DNA from: an uncultured Desulfatitalea sp. | GTDB taxonomy: Bacteria; Desulfobacterota; Desulfobacteria; Desulfobacterales; Desulfosarcinaceae | Assembly (NCBI GenBank): GCA_963668675.2 | Contig: CAXXMB010000001.1 | Span: 544,001 to 608,000, forward strand | DNA length: 64,000 nt | Direction of reading: 5' to 3' | Part shown: positions 50,838 through 58,988 of the stretch, one piece after another | Numbering within the stretch: the first letter of the stretch is position 1 | Layout of the letters: each line of letters opens with the position of its first letter | Made by a program: the position numbers and the translations under genes | Notes under the pieces: model-generated | What the model saw: the letters and a program-made list of their open reading frames with translations, nothing else | Told to the model about the DNA's origin: nothing | Databases searched by the model: none

Positions 50838-51614
50838 ATGAAGGCTGTTTGGTTGAGTGCCCTGTCGGTTCCGGAGCAAGAGGTGAGATTGCTGATGCAG
50901 AAAATGCAAACCTATGGTTTGTCGTGCTCGGGGCATCAATGGAAAGATGACCTTCAAAACATGGCCTGGATGGGGCCTATGGATGAGCTGTGCGATCCCC
51001 AGACGGCCATTTGGGCCATCATGGGGACGACAGAGGCGTTTCAACATCCGGAGACCCGCTATGGCCTCTCCCTTCTGGCCATCTGCGTTCAGGCCCGGAA
51101 GGGGGCCGGTTTTCCAATTGTGATATTGCAAAGCGGCGGGGATCCGATCCCAGCAGCCGAGCTTCCGTCGCCTCTTCAACGTGCCATTGTGCTCCCGGCA
51201 GCCGATGCCGGCACGCCAGCCAAACTTGTCGCCAAAGCCCATGCCAAGGTGCCGGAATTGCAAAGCGCTTACCATATCAATATGGTTGGCAATCCTCAAT
51301 TCGGTCAATGGTTTGAAGTCAGGCCCACATCGGATGTCTGGCAGGGGATTATATTTGGCGTCGATGAGGCCGAGATCAAATTCCAGGCAGTCGGACCCGG
51401 TGGCGAACTGCCCAAAACGAGTACGCTTCACTATCCCATGCAAGGCCTTCAAATCGACTTCAAGGAGAAGCAGTATGCGGCATGGGCGGTGCGCAATGAG
51501 ATCAACATGGTGGAATCATACTTTGTAAAGATCGAGGGCGCTCCCGGTGCTCTTCTGTTTGGGGCCTTCTCTGAAGAGAGCGAAGCGGAGATGTACCATA
51601 TCCAGTTGAAGTAG
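50838..51614 (+). CDS. Hypothetical protein at the T6SS operon end, TIR-like N-terminus
   Basis: 258-aa ORF with AAGGA RBS; alternating beta/alpha N-terminal half (VWLS, AIWAIMG, PIVIL, LPSPL) and beta-rich C-terminal half. Confidence 0.75.
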   Translation: MKAVWLSALSVPEQEVRLLMQKMQTYGLSCSGHQWKDDLQNMAWMGPMDELCDPQTAIWAIMGTTEAFQHPETRYGLSLLAICVQARKGAGFPIVILQSGGDPIPAAELPSPLQRAIVLPAADAGTPAKLVAKAHAKVPELQSAYHINMVGNPQFGQWFEVRPTSDVWQGIIFGVDEAEIKFQAVGPGGELPKTSTLHYPMQGLQIDFKEKQYAAWAVRNEINMVESYFVKIEGAPGALLFGAFSEESEAEMYHIQLK

Positions 51615-52074
51615 CTATGTAGAGGAGAATACTCCAAGGGGCATAGATGCCTGCGAGCAGCAAATCTACTCTGAAACATCACTTTAGGGCGGGAGCAGGG
51701 ATGGCATCGTAAATGACCAGCGCCTCGGCACCATTCCTTTTTTTACTTGACAATATGGTATCTCCTGAATAAGTACCCAAGCTGAAGTTAGGCTCAAACC
51801 AAGCAGTTACATACCGATCTGCCATTGAAATCTTCCCATCGGATCGAAGATGGGATTCGGAAGTTGGAAAAGCACACCGTAGCTCTCTTTGAGCATATCT
51901 GATAAATCAACCCACCTTGTGAACGGCCACTTTTATTTGGCCGCACGACGAAAAACTGAGTTGCAGTGGACATTCAGGTCACTTCTTGCCGGCCGCATCT
52001 GGTTTGCCGGCATGGTATCTGACGCATAGAAGTTGTTGGCTTGCTGTTTGTCCCGGCATCCATGAGGAAGACGT

Positions 52075-52542
52075 GTGAAAAGAAGAGACGGTTTCACCCT
52101 TTTAGAGCTTTTAATGGTGATGTTCATCCTCTCATTGGTCACCATTGCTGCACTGCCGGTTAACAAATGGCTTCGGTCGCAAGGCGTAAAGCTTGCGACC
52201 GAACAGTTGCGTGGAGATCTGCAGTTGGCGCGTCTGATGGCTATAAAGCATAGGAAGTCATGCTCCATTGAGGTAAATACGCCATCGATCAATCGTTATT
52301 CGAATTCGCTTAACCATCAAATGGTGGATTTGGCAACATATCGGGGCGGGGTCCATTTCATGATCAAAGGGCCGGGCGGGGGCGTCGCCTCCAAAACCAT
52401 CACGTTTAATCGCAGAGGCATGGCGATGTCCATCGGTTCAATATTTCTATCAGATAGGGATGGAAGCAATATTTTCCGAGTAAGAGCGATGCCGCCTGGC
52501 GGCATTTCTGTATTTCGATGGAGCGGCAATGGCTGGAAATAG
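52075..52542 (+). CDS. FimT/FimU/GspH-like minor pilin
   Basis: G|FTLLELLMV; DLQLARLMAI; ITFNRRG. Confidence 0.88.
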   Translation: MKRRDGFTLLELLMVMFILSLVTIAALPVNKWLRSQGVKLATEQLRGDLQLARLMAIKHRKSCSIEVNTPSINRYSNSLNHQMVDLATYRGGVHFMIKGPGGGVASKTITFNRRGMAMSIGSIFLSDRDGSNIFRVRAMPPGGISVFRWSGNGWK

Positions 52543-53443
52543 TATTGACAGGGGGAAACGACAGCGATCGAAATGGACGGTGCCGGCCTGCAATAGGCGC
52601 GTGCAGGTAGGGTTTACACTGTTGGAAGTGCTGATCGCTTTGACGGTCGGGATCGTCGCCATTGGATCCGTCTATTCGGTTTATGTCTCTCAAATGAAGG
52701 CTAGCCGCAACAACGGACTGCGCCTTGAGTTGCAGCAAAACTTGCGGGGGGCGTTGGTCATTATAGCCCAAGAGATACGATATGCAGGATTCGACCCCGA
52801 AGATAGCGGGCGGTTCGGTCTCGTCGATGTTCGCCGGTATGGCCTTGTTGGCACGGGACTCGACCCGGAAGGCCAGCCGGCACTGTTCTACACAGTGGAT
52901 CTGGACGAAAACGGGGATCTGGACGAACGCAATCGCAATCGAAACAGAGAGCACTGCAACTTCAGGATACGACAGGATAATAACATCGGGAGGCGCTATT
53001 TAGCATGGGACAACGGCGGCGGCCGGCAGCCATTGTCGGAAAATGTCTGCGCCTTGGGGTTGGCCTACGGTGTCGATGCGGACATGGATGGCCGGTTGGA
53101 TAGCTGGGGGAGCGGCCCACACGCCGTCTGGGCTGTTGATTCAGATAATGACAACATGCTGGACCTGCATATCGATTCGAACAATGACGGTATTATCGAC
53201 GTCAGAGATGATGCTAATAAGGACGGTCGTATAGGACCGGAAGACGGAGGTGTCATCGATCCGGCAATTCCGCTGGATAGAATAAGAGCGGTCCGGGTCT
53301 GGTTGCTCGCAAAGAGCGCCTTTCAAGTTGAGGGCCATTTCGATAGATCCCCCCATGTTGTTGGTGACCAGGTGATAAGGCCGGTCAACGACGGGTACAT
53401 GCGAAGGGTATTGGAGACCATCGTCGATGCAAGGAATATGTAA
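52529..53443 (+). CDS. pilW: PilW-like minor pilin
   Basis: G|FTLLEVLIA; LQQNLRGAL...EIRYAGF; IRAVRVWLLA; C-terminal ARNM. Confidence 0.85.
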   Translation: MAGNSIDRGKRQRSKWTVPACNRRVQVGFTLLEVLIALTVGIVAIGSVYSVYVSQMKASRNNGLRLELQQNLRGALVIIAQEIRYAGFDPEDSGRFGLVDVRRYGLVGTGLDPEGQPALFYTVDLDENGDLDERNRNRNREHCNFRIRQDNNIGRRYLAWDNGGGRQPLSENVCALGLAYGVDADMDGRLDSWGSGPHAVWAVDSDNDNMLDLHIDSNNDGIIDVRDDANKDGRIGPEDGGVIDPAIPLDRIRAVRVWLLAKSAFQVEGHFDRSPHVVGDQVIRPVNDGYMRRVLETIVDARNM

Positions 53444-53457
53444 CATAGACGCTACGA

Positions 53458-53581
53458 ATACCCCGGTAACGAATAATCACAACATATGTCCTTCCGGCGA
53501 AAGCAGGAATCCAGTTGGTTCCTGGTTCCCGGAACAAGTCCGGGATGACGAAGGGTGGCCTGTTTAATTGCCGGTTTTATA
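53458..53581. repeat. 124-bp GTCA-type palindromic element, copy 1
   Basis: Core 53497-53550 is 52/54 identical to 54188-54241; imperfect terminal IRs. Confidence 0.8.
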
Positions 53582-53667
53582 TCTGCTCAAACAACTTCAT
53601 CGTATCTCATCACGGATGAGCGGAGCGGATATAAGACGTTTGAGGCAGGAGAGAGGATTGCTTTACT

Positions 53668-54105
53668 TTGATTGGTGAAATCGCTTTTTCAAGAAAAAGA
53701 GAAGGGCAGAGCGGCTTGTCGTTGATTGAAGTGATGATGGCATTGACCATCTTCACGATTGGTATTTTGGCCGTTGCAGGTATGCAGGGGGTCAGTATGA
53801 AAACCATTGGCAAGGCCAATTGGAATACCCGACAATCGGTTTGTGCAGCCAGCCAAATAGAGAGCATATTGACCAAGGCGTATGATCATCCGACTTTGGT
53901 AGATACCGACAATGGTTATGAACCTGGGGTGCCAGACCACGGCCCGTATGCGATGGATGGGGGACCGGCCACCATCGAGTGGGAAATTCAAGACGATTTT
54001 CCGGTGCACGGCACCAAACGCATAACGGTCACGGTTCGCCCGATCAACGGAAGTGGTTCGATGGCACCTTCGATTTTCGAGTATGTCAAGGCGAGTGAAT
54101 ATTAG
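53668..54105 (+). CDS. pilV: PilV-like minor pilin
   Basis: G|LSLIEVMMALTIFTIGILAVAGMQ; KRITVTV. Confidence 0.85.
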   Translation: MIGEIAFSRKREGQSGLSLIEVMMALTIFTIGILAVAGMQGVSMKTIGKANWNTRQSVCAASQIESILTKAYDHPTLVDTDNGYEPGVPDHGPYAMDGGPATIEWEIQDDFPVHGTKRITVTVRPINGSGSMAPSIFEYVKASEY

Positions 54106-54148
54106 TTCGTGCTTCAAGCAAACGGTTCGCTGCCTGGATGTTTCGTCG

Positions 54149-54272
54149 TTAACCCGGCAATCAAATACACTTAGAATCTTCATCCCAGCGAAAGCAGGAA
54201 TCCAGTTGGTTCCTGGATCCCGGATCAAGTCCGGGATGACGTAGGTTGGTCTATTTTTTGGCCGGGTTAATA
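54149..54272. repeat. 124-bp GTCA-type palindromic element, copy 2
   Basis: Terminal IR TTAACCCGGC / GCCGGGTTAA; direct repeat of 53458-53581. Confidence 0.8.
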
Positions 54273-54315
54273 AGATGTGCACTGAGCATATTCAGTTGGT
54301 GGAAAGGCAGATGAC

Positions 54316-54831
54316 GTGGCAATCTATTCAGGTCAACATTGGAAAAGCGATAACGGATCCGTGCTGGTTACAACACTGCTGGTCCTCTTGGCGATTACAA
54401 TTTTAGGGGTTGCCAGTATCAATACGAGTGTTGTCGAGTCCAAAATTGCGCGAACAGAAAAAGAGGTGAGGGAGACCTTTTATCTCTCAGAAGGTGCAGC
54501 AATGGAGTGTATCCAGAGACTGATCGGTACCGATCCGGTCGACAAAAACGAACAGTTTCCTTTCTGGATTCACTCGAAGAGAGAGGCAACGGGACTCGGT
54601 GTCAATTTTCGCTACCCAAAGGATTGGGATGTGGATGGAAAGGGTGAAGACAACGGGCTGATAAGCCCAATGGGCAATGAAACCTACATGGCTGCTGTAG
54701 AGTGGGGGGTCGCCACCGGTGGCTCTTTAGTTCAGACAGGATCAAGACTTTATCAGAACAGAGCTTACGGGTTATGCACCCGATACGATATCAACAGTGT
54801 CATCGAAATCGGATACTATATGCGCTATTGA
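54316..54831 (+). CDS. pilX: PilX-like minor pilin
   Basis: NG|SVLVTTLLVLL (no Glu5, as typical for PilX); ESKIA; FYLSEGA. Confidence 0.82.
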   Translation: MAIYSGQHWKSDNGSVLVTTLLVLLAITILGVASINTSVVESKIARTEKEVRETFYLSEGAAMECIQRLIGTDPVDKNEQFPFWIHSKREATGLGVNFRYPKDWDVDGKGEDNGLISPMGNETYMAAVEWGVATGGSLVQTGSRLYQNRAYGLCTRYDINSVIEIGYYMRY

Positions 54832-54847
54832 TGGCGCTGACAGGGAG

Positions 54848-57800
54848 ATGATGAATTTGTGCCATACTCATTTTCGTTACATTCGTTTCTGCTTGAGGTT
54901 GCTGAGATTTTTTTCCATGGCGATCCTGGTCATGGCGGTGCCGACGCCCTCCCAAGGCGTTGAGATAAGCGATAGTCCCCTGGATATCCACATCGACGCT
55001 CCCCCTCCCAACGTGATGATTGTGTGGGACAATTCAGATAGCATGGATTGGGAGTTTGTCACCAACGAGCGCGGAGGCGTCTTTTCCGGATGCCACTATC
55101 TGTTCCCGGAAGATGCCTATCATCCCGCTGCGGATTATGCAGAGGCGGGCCTCAGCTCCTTGGCCCGGGAGCAGCGCTATCTGTGGCGATCGCAGTGGAG
55201 TGGTTATAACCGGCTCTACTACCGGCCGGATGTGAGTTACGAACCATGGCCGCAGACGGATCGATTCAATTTTAAAAATGCCCGCCTGCAGCGTCCCCTC
55301 TCAAATCCTGCGTGCCAGCGAGGGGAGTGCGCGCGATTCCGGATGAGCGCCCCATTCATTAAATTACGTTGTGGTGGAGATGAAGTTACCATCCCCAATG
55401 CACACTATTTCATTCTGGACGATCGAAACGGAGACGGTACCAGAGGCTCCGGTGAGTCAATCTATCTCGTGGCATGGCAGGACGAAGACAATGACGGTCA
55501 ATTGGATCTGTCCGGTCGTTTGATTGATGATCGGCGGCGATACTTCCGGTTCAATGATGATGGCGACCATCTCCTCGAAGACGATGAACTCTATGCCGTG
55601 GTGGATGAGGCGGAGAAGAACAACGTCCGCCCTCGGGTTTTGGACGACGAGGGAAGGGTGGTGCGTTATTGGACCGACCGTGAGGAGTTACAGAATTTTA
55701 CGAACTGGTTCAGCTACCACAGGAAACGGTTTTTTGTTTCAAAAGCCGCAGTAGCCACAGCTATTCTCAATGCCCGCCAGTTGAATATCGGTCTGTATGC
55801 CGTCAATGGCGCTCCGCGAATTGGCGTCTTGCCGGTTCAGGTGAGCAGTACGGAAGAAAATAGCGGTGGGCAGGTGATACTCGACCATAGTGAGGAGCTG
55901 CTTGATGAACTTTATGCGTCCCGCTGCCGGGGCCCTGCCGCCATTCGCGATGCCCTGCTTGAAGTGGGGCGCTATTTTAAAAAGGGTGACAGATCCGGGC
56001 TGGGGCCCTCTCCTTATCAATTGAGCGCTCAGGGCGGCAGTTGCCAGAACAGTCATGCGCTCCTCGTTGCCGGAAGTTATTGGGACGGTTCTGTCTCGGG
56101 AGTGGGAAATGAAGACGGCTACCAGGGGCGGCCATTTGCCGACGGTTGGAGCGACACCCTGGCCGACATCGCCATGCACTTTTACACAACTGATTTGGCG
56201 CCGGGATTGGAAGACCAGGTTCCGGCAAGGGGATGTGACGACGTCTCCCACCAGCATCTGGTGACCCATGGTATATGGATAGGCGGTCCCGGGACGATAG
56301 ATATAGAAGCGCTTCTTCCAAATGGTCGGATGGGTGCCGACCCTCATGGTGAAGGACCGTGTCTGGAAGATGTGTTGACAACCGTGCCGGCATGGCCGCA
56401 GCCTTTGCCGGGACAGGCATCGACCGTTGATGATCTGTTCCATTCCGCTGTAAACGGTCGTGGCTTCTTTTATACAGCCGCTCACTATCACAGTATGGGA
56501 GCGGCAGTAGGTCGCGTGATGGACTTCATCAGTGAACACTCGGCATGGATAGGCAAAGAGCATTACGGCCCGCAAGTGGTTCACTCAGATGCTATCTACA
56601 AAGTGAGTTACCACTCCGATAATTGGAGGGGAGATGTCCGGGCGTTCGATTATGATGTTTCAAGCGGTGACACCGGCAAAATGCGATGGAGCGCGGCGTC
56701 TCGCCTTGACGCTTCAGGTACCACCTATGACACGCGTCGCATTGTCACCTTCGGAGGCATTTGGCGTGATCCGCAGGGGATCCCTTTTCGCTACGCCGAT
56801 CTTTCGGAAGAGCAGAAACGATCCTTGGGGTCGGATCTGAACCATGGGTCAATTGCCGATGACAAGGCTAAATCGATGCTCAATTACATCAGGGGGTTGG
56901 ATACGCCTCCATATCGCATTCGTTCGGGGCGTATGGGGGACATCGTCAACAGTGTACCGGTTCTTGAGGGAGAAACGCTGTTCGTTGGAAGCAATGACGG
57001 TATGTTGCATGCATTTGATATCGACAACGGCGAAGAGCGGTTTGCCTATGTGCCTCATCTCGTTTTCGAGCAGCTCCAAGAACTCGGTTCGCCTGGTTAT
57101 GTCGGCAAACATCGCTTTTTTGTAGACGGCTCCCCATATGTGGGTGAGGTACTTGAAGGCCTCTATCGGCGGAAAACCTATCTGGTCGGCGGGTTGGGCA
57201 AAGGGGGAAGGGGATACTTCTGCCTTCTGATCGGAAGTCGTCAAAGAGATCTGGCTGGAGCGCAATTCGGACCGTACCGACAGACATTCAGTGTTGATGA
57301 TTTTAGTTCGGCATCATCGGAGCGAGAGATTTGCCAGATAGCGAAATGGGAGTATCCGCCACCAGATTTCAGCGATGATGGGGCGGATAACAATGGTAAC
57401 GGCGTGCAGGATGAGCCTGGTGAATCGGACCCGGATATGGGTTTCAGCCTGGGACGAGGCTATGCCGTAAATGCCAACGCATCTGACGGGACCTACCGCA
57501 GCGTGGTCATTTTTGGAAACGGTTACAACAGTTCCAATGGAAAGGCGGTCTTATATGTGTTGCGGGCCTCCGACGGGGTGTTGATTCGAAAGATCGACAC
57601 CGGCGCCGAAGGGGATAACGGCCTATCCGTACCTGCACTTGTCGATGTGAATGGGGACAGATGCGTGGATTACATCTATGCCGGTGACCTGAAAGGCAAT
57701 CTTTGGAAATTCGATCTAAGGGATGAACGCCCCCATCGTTGGGGGGTGGCTTATGGAGACGACGCCAATGGCGATGGCGTGATCGATGCCACCCAAGGAG

Positions 57801-58621
57801 ATATTCCCGCCCCGGTCTTCCAGGCCTCCGGGCAGCCGATTACCGCAAGACCGGATGTGATGGCCATGATGAATGCATGCGCGCCCCAACTGCATGGGAA
57901 TATGGTGATATTCGGTACCGGGCGCTATTTGGGCAAAATGGATCGGAGCGATAGTCGCCAGCAGAGCATATTCGGCATTTGGGATTATGGCGATGATGGC
58001 GATGATAGCGAGTATCTGGGGGCACTCTCCGATAGATCCTTCGGTGAACTGGACAGCGGTCTGAAGCTTTATCGAATTTCTGCTATAGAGCAATATTCAC
58101 AAGCGGGTGAGACCTTCCGCAGGTTGAGCGAATGGGAACCCGACTATGCGACCTTGGAAGATACGGAGGATGGCGATGGCGTGAGTATCAACAACGAGGG
58201 CGATGCAAAGGCACCCAATCCGAAGCGATATGCAGGATGGTACTTCGATTTTCCGCAATCGGCCGATTCACAGACGCAGCCGGCTGAAAGGGTGATCGGA
58301 GATGTAGTCATTCGTGGCGGAAATGCCGTTGTCGCCTCCTATCGGCCCAGTGGCAGCGTTTGCGATTGCGGCGGATCGTCCTGGCTCTATATCCTCAATG
58401 GATGCGGTGAGGGGGCTACCAGCCAAGATTGCGATACCCAGACGCCGCTGCCTAAAAGGTATCCGAACCGTCTCTATTCTAATATGACGATCATCAAAGA
58501 GAACAGAAGATCCGAACTGGATTATGTTATCATCGGAGATCAACAAGGAGAAACGATTCAACAACCCTTTTTAGGAGAACAATGGGGCAAGATCTTCTGG
58601 CACCAGAGTGCAGATCAATGA
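54848..58621 (+). CDS. pilY1: PilY1/PilC type IV pilus adhesin
   Basis: Signal peptide, PPNVMIVWDNSDSM, NWFSYH, TLADIAMHFY, MGDIVNS, VGSNDGMLHAF, FVDGSP, FGNGYNS, YAGDLKGNLWKFDL, FGTGRY, GWY. Confidence 0.9.
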   Translation: MMNLCHTHFRYIRFCLRLLRFFSMAILVMAVPTPSQGVEISDSPLDIHIDAPPPNVMIVWDNSDSMDWEFVTNERGGVFSGCHYLFPEDAYHPAADYAEAGLSSLAREQRYLWRSQWSGYNRLYYRPDVSYEPWPQTDRFNFKNARLQRPLSNPACQRGECARFRMSAPFIKLRCGGDEVTIPNAHYFILDDRNGDGTRGSGESIYLVAWQDEDNDGQLDLSGRLIDDRRRYFRFNDDGDHLLEDDELYAVVDEAEKNNVRPRVLDDEGRVVRYWTDREELQNFTNWFSYHRKRFFVSKAAVATAILNARQLNIGLYAVNGAPRIGVLPVQVSSTEENSGGQVILDHSEELLDELYASRCRGPAAIRDALLEVGRYFKKGDRSGLGPSPYQLSAQGGSCQNSHALLVAGSYWDGSVSGVGNEDGYQGRPFADGWSDTLADIAMHFYTTDLAPGLEDQVPARGCDDVSHQHLVTHGIWIGGPGTIDIEALLPNGRMGADPHGEGPCLEDVLTTVPAWPQPLPGQASTVDDLFHSAVNGRGFFYTAAHYHSMGAAVGRVMDFISEHSAWIGKEHYGPQVVHSDAIYKVSYHSDNWRGDVRAFDYDVSSGDTGKMRWSAASRLDASGTTYDTRRIVTFGGIWRDPQGIPFRYADLSEEQKRSLGSDLNHGSIADDKAKSMLNYIRGLDTPPYRIRSGRMGDIVNSVPVLEGETLFVGSNDGMLHAFDIDNGEERFAYVPHLVFEQLQELGSPGYVGKHRFFVDGSPYVGEVLEGLYRRKTYLVGGLGKGGRGYFCLLIGSRQRDLAGAQFGPYRQTFSVDDFSSASSEREICQIAKWEYPPPDFSDDGADNNGNGVQDEPGESDPDMGFSLGRGYAVNANASDGTYRSVVIFGNGYNSSNGKAVLYVLRASDGVLIRKIDTGAEGDNGLSVPALVDVNGDRCVDYIYAGDLKGNLWKFDLRDERPHRWGVAYGDDANGDGVIDATQGDIPAPVFQASGQPITARPDVMAMMNACAPQLHGNMVIFGTGRYLGKMDRSDSRQQSIFGIWDYGDDGDDSEYLGALSDRSFGELDSGLKLYRISAIEQYSQAGETFRRLSEWEPDYATLEDTEDGDGVSINNEGDAKAPNPKRYAGWYFDFPQSADSQTQPAERVIGDVVIRGGNAVVASYRPSGSVCDCGGSSWLYILNGCGEGATSQDCDTQTPLPKRYPNRLYSNMTIIKENRRSELDYVIIGDQQGETIQQPFLGEQWGKIFWHQSADQ

Positions 58622-58812
58622 ATGGCTATTATTACGGTTCAGCGGTTTTGGAAGATCAACACCGATTATATCCGTCAGTTCACATGCTATCTCTGATTAT
58701 AATCTCTCCTCGAAAATAGTCTTGAAAAAGGCGCTATACTTAAAATGGTGAACCATGGCCACACGGTTAGGTAACAGAGGCACGCAGGTCCTCGGTACCA
58801 TGGTGATGGCAA

Positions 58813-58841
58813 TTGACACCCACATTCCATTCCATTATAGT
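58813..58841 (+). promoter_or_regulatory. sigma70 promoter
   Basis: TTGACA-N17-TATAGT, about 150 nt upstream of ORF 58989. Confidence 0.7.
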
Positions 58842-58988
58842 GAAACCATTACAAATATCATTGCCAGTACCGTATTGGCTGATTCCGCCCTTAGGGAGTG
58901 AGACCAATTGGCAACGGTGCTGGCCCCATGCATATAGCGAGCTGCCCGGCGAGGTGGCCGTTCAAACGACAGAGATCAAGATAGCGCT

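Noticed and set aside
51615..52074. c-di-GMP/cGAMP (GEMM) riboswitch or sigma54 promoter before the minor pilins
   Set aside because: No GEMM consensus or clean GG-N10-GC box recognised by eye; only a short hairpin near 51834-51856.
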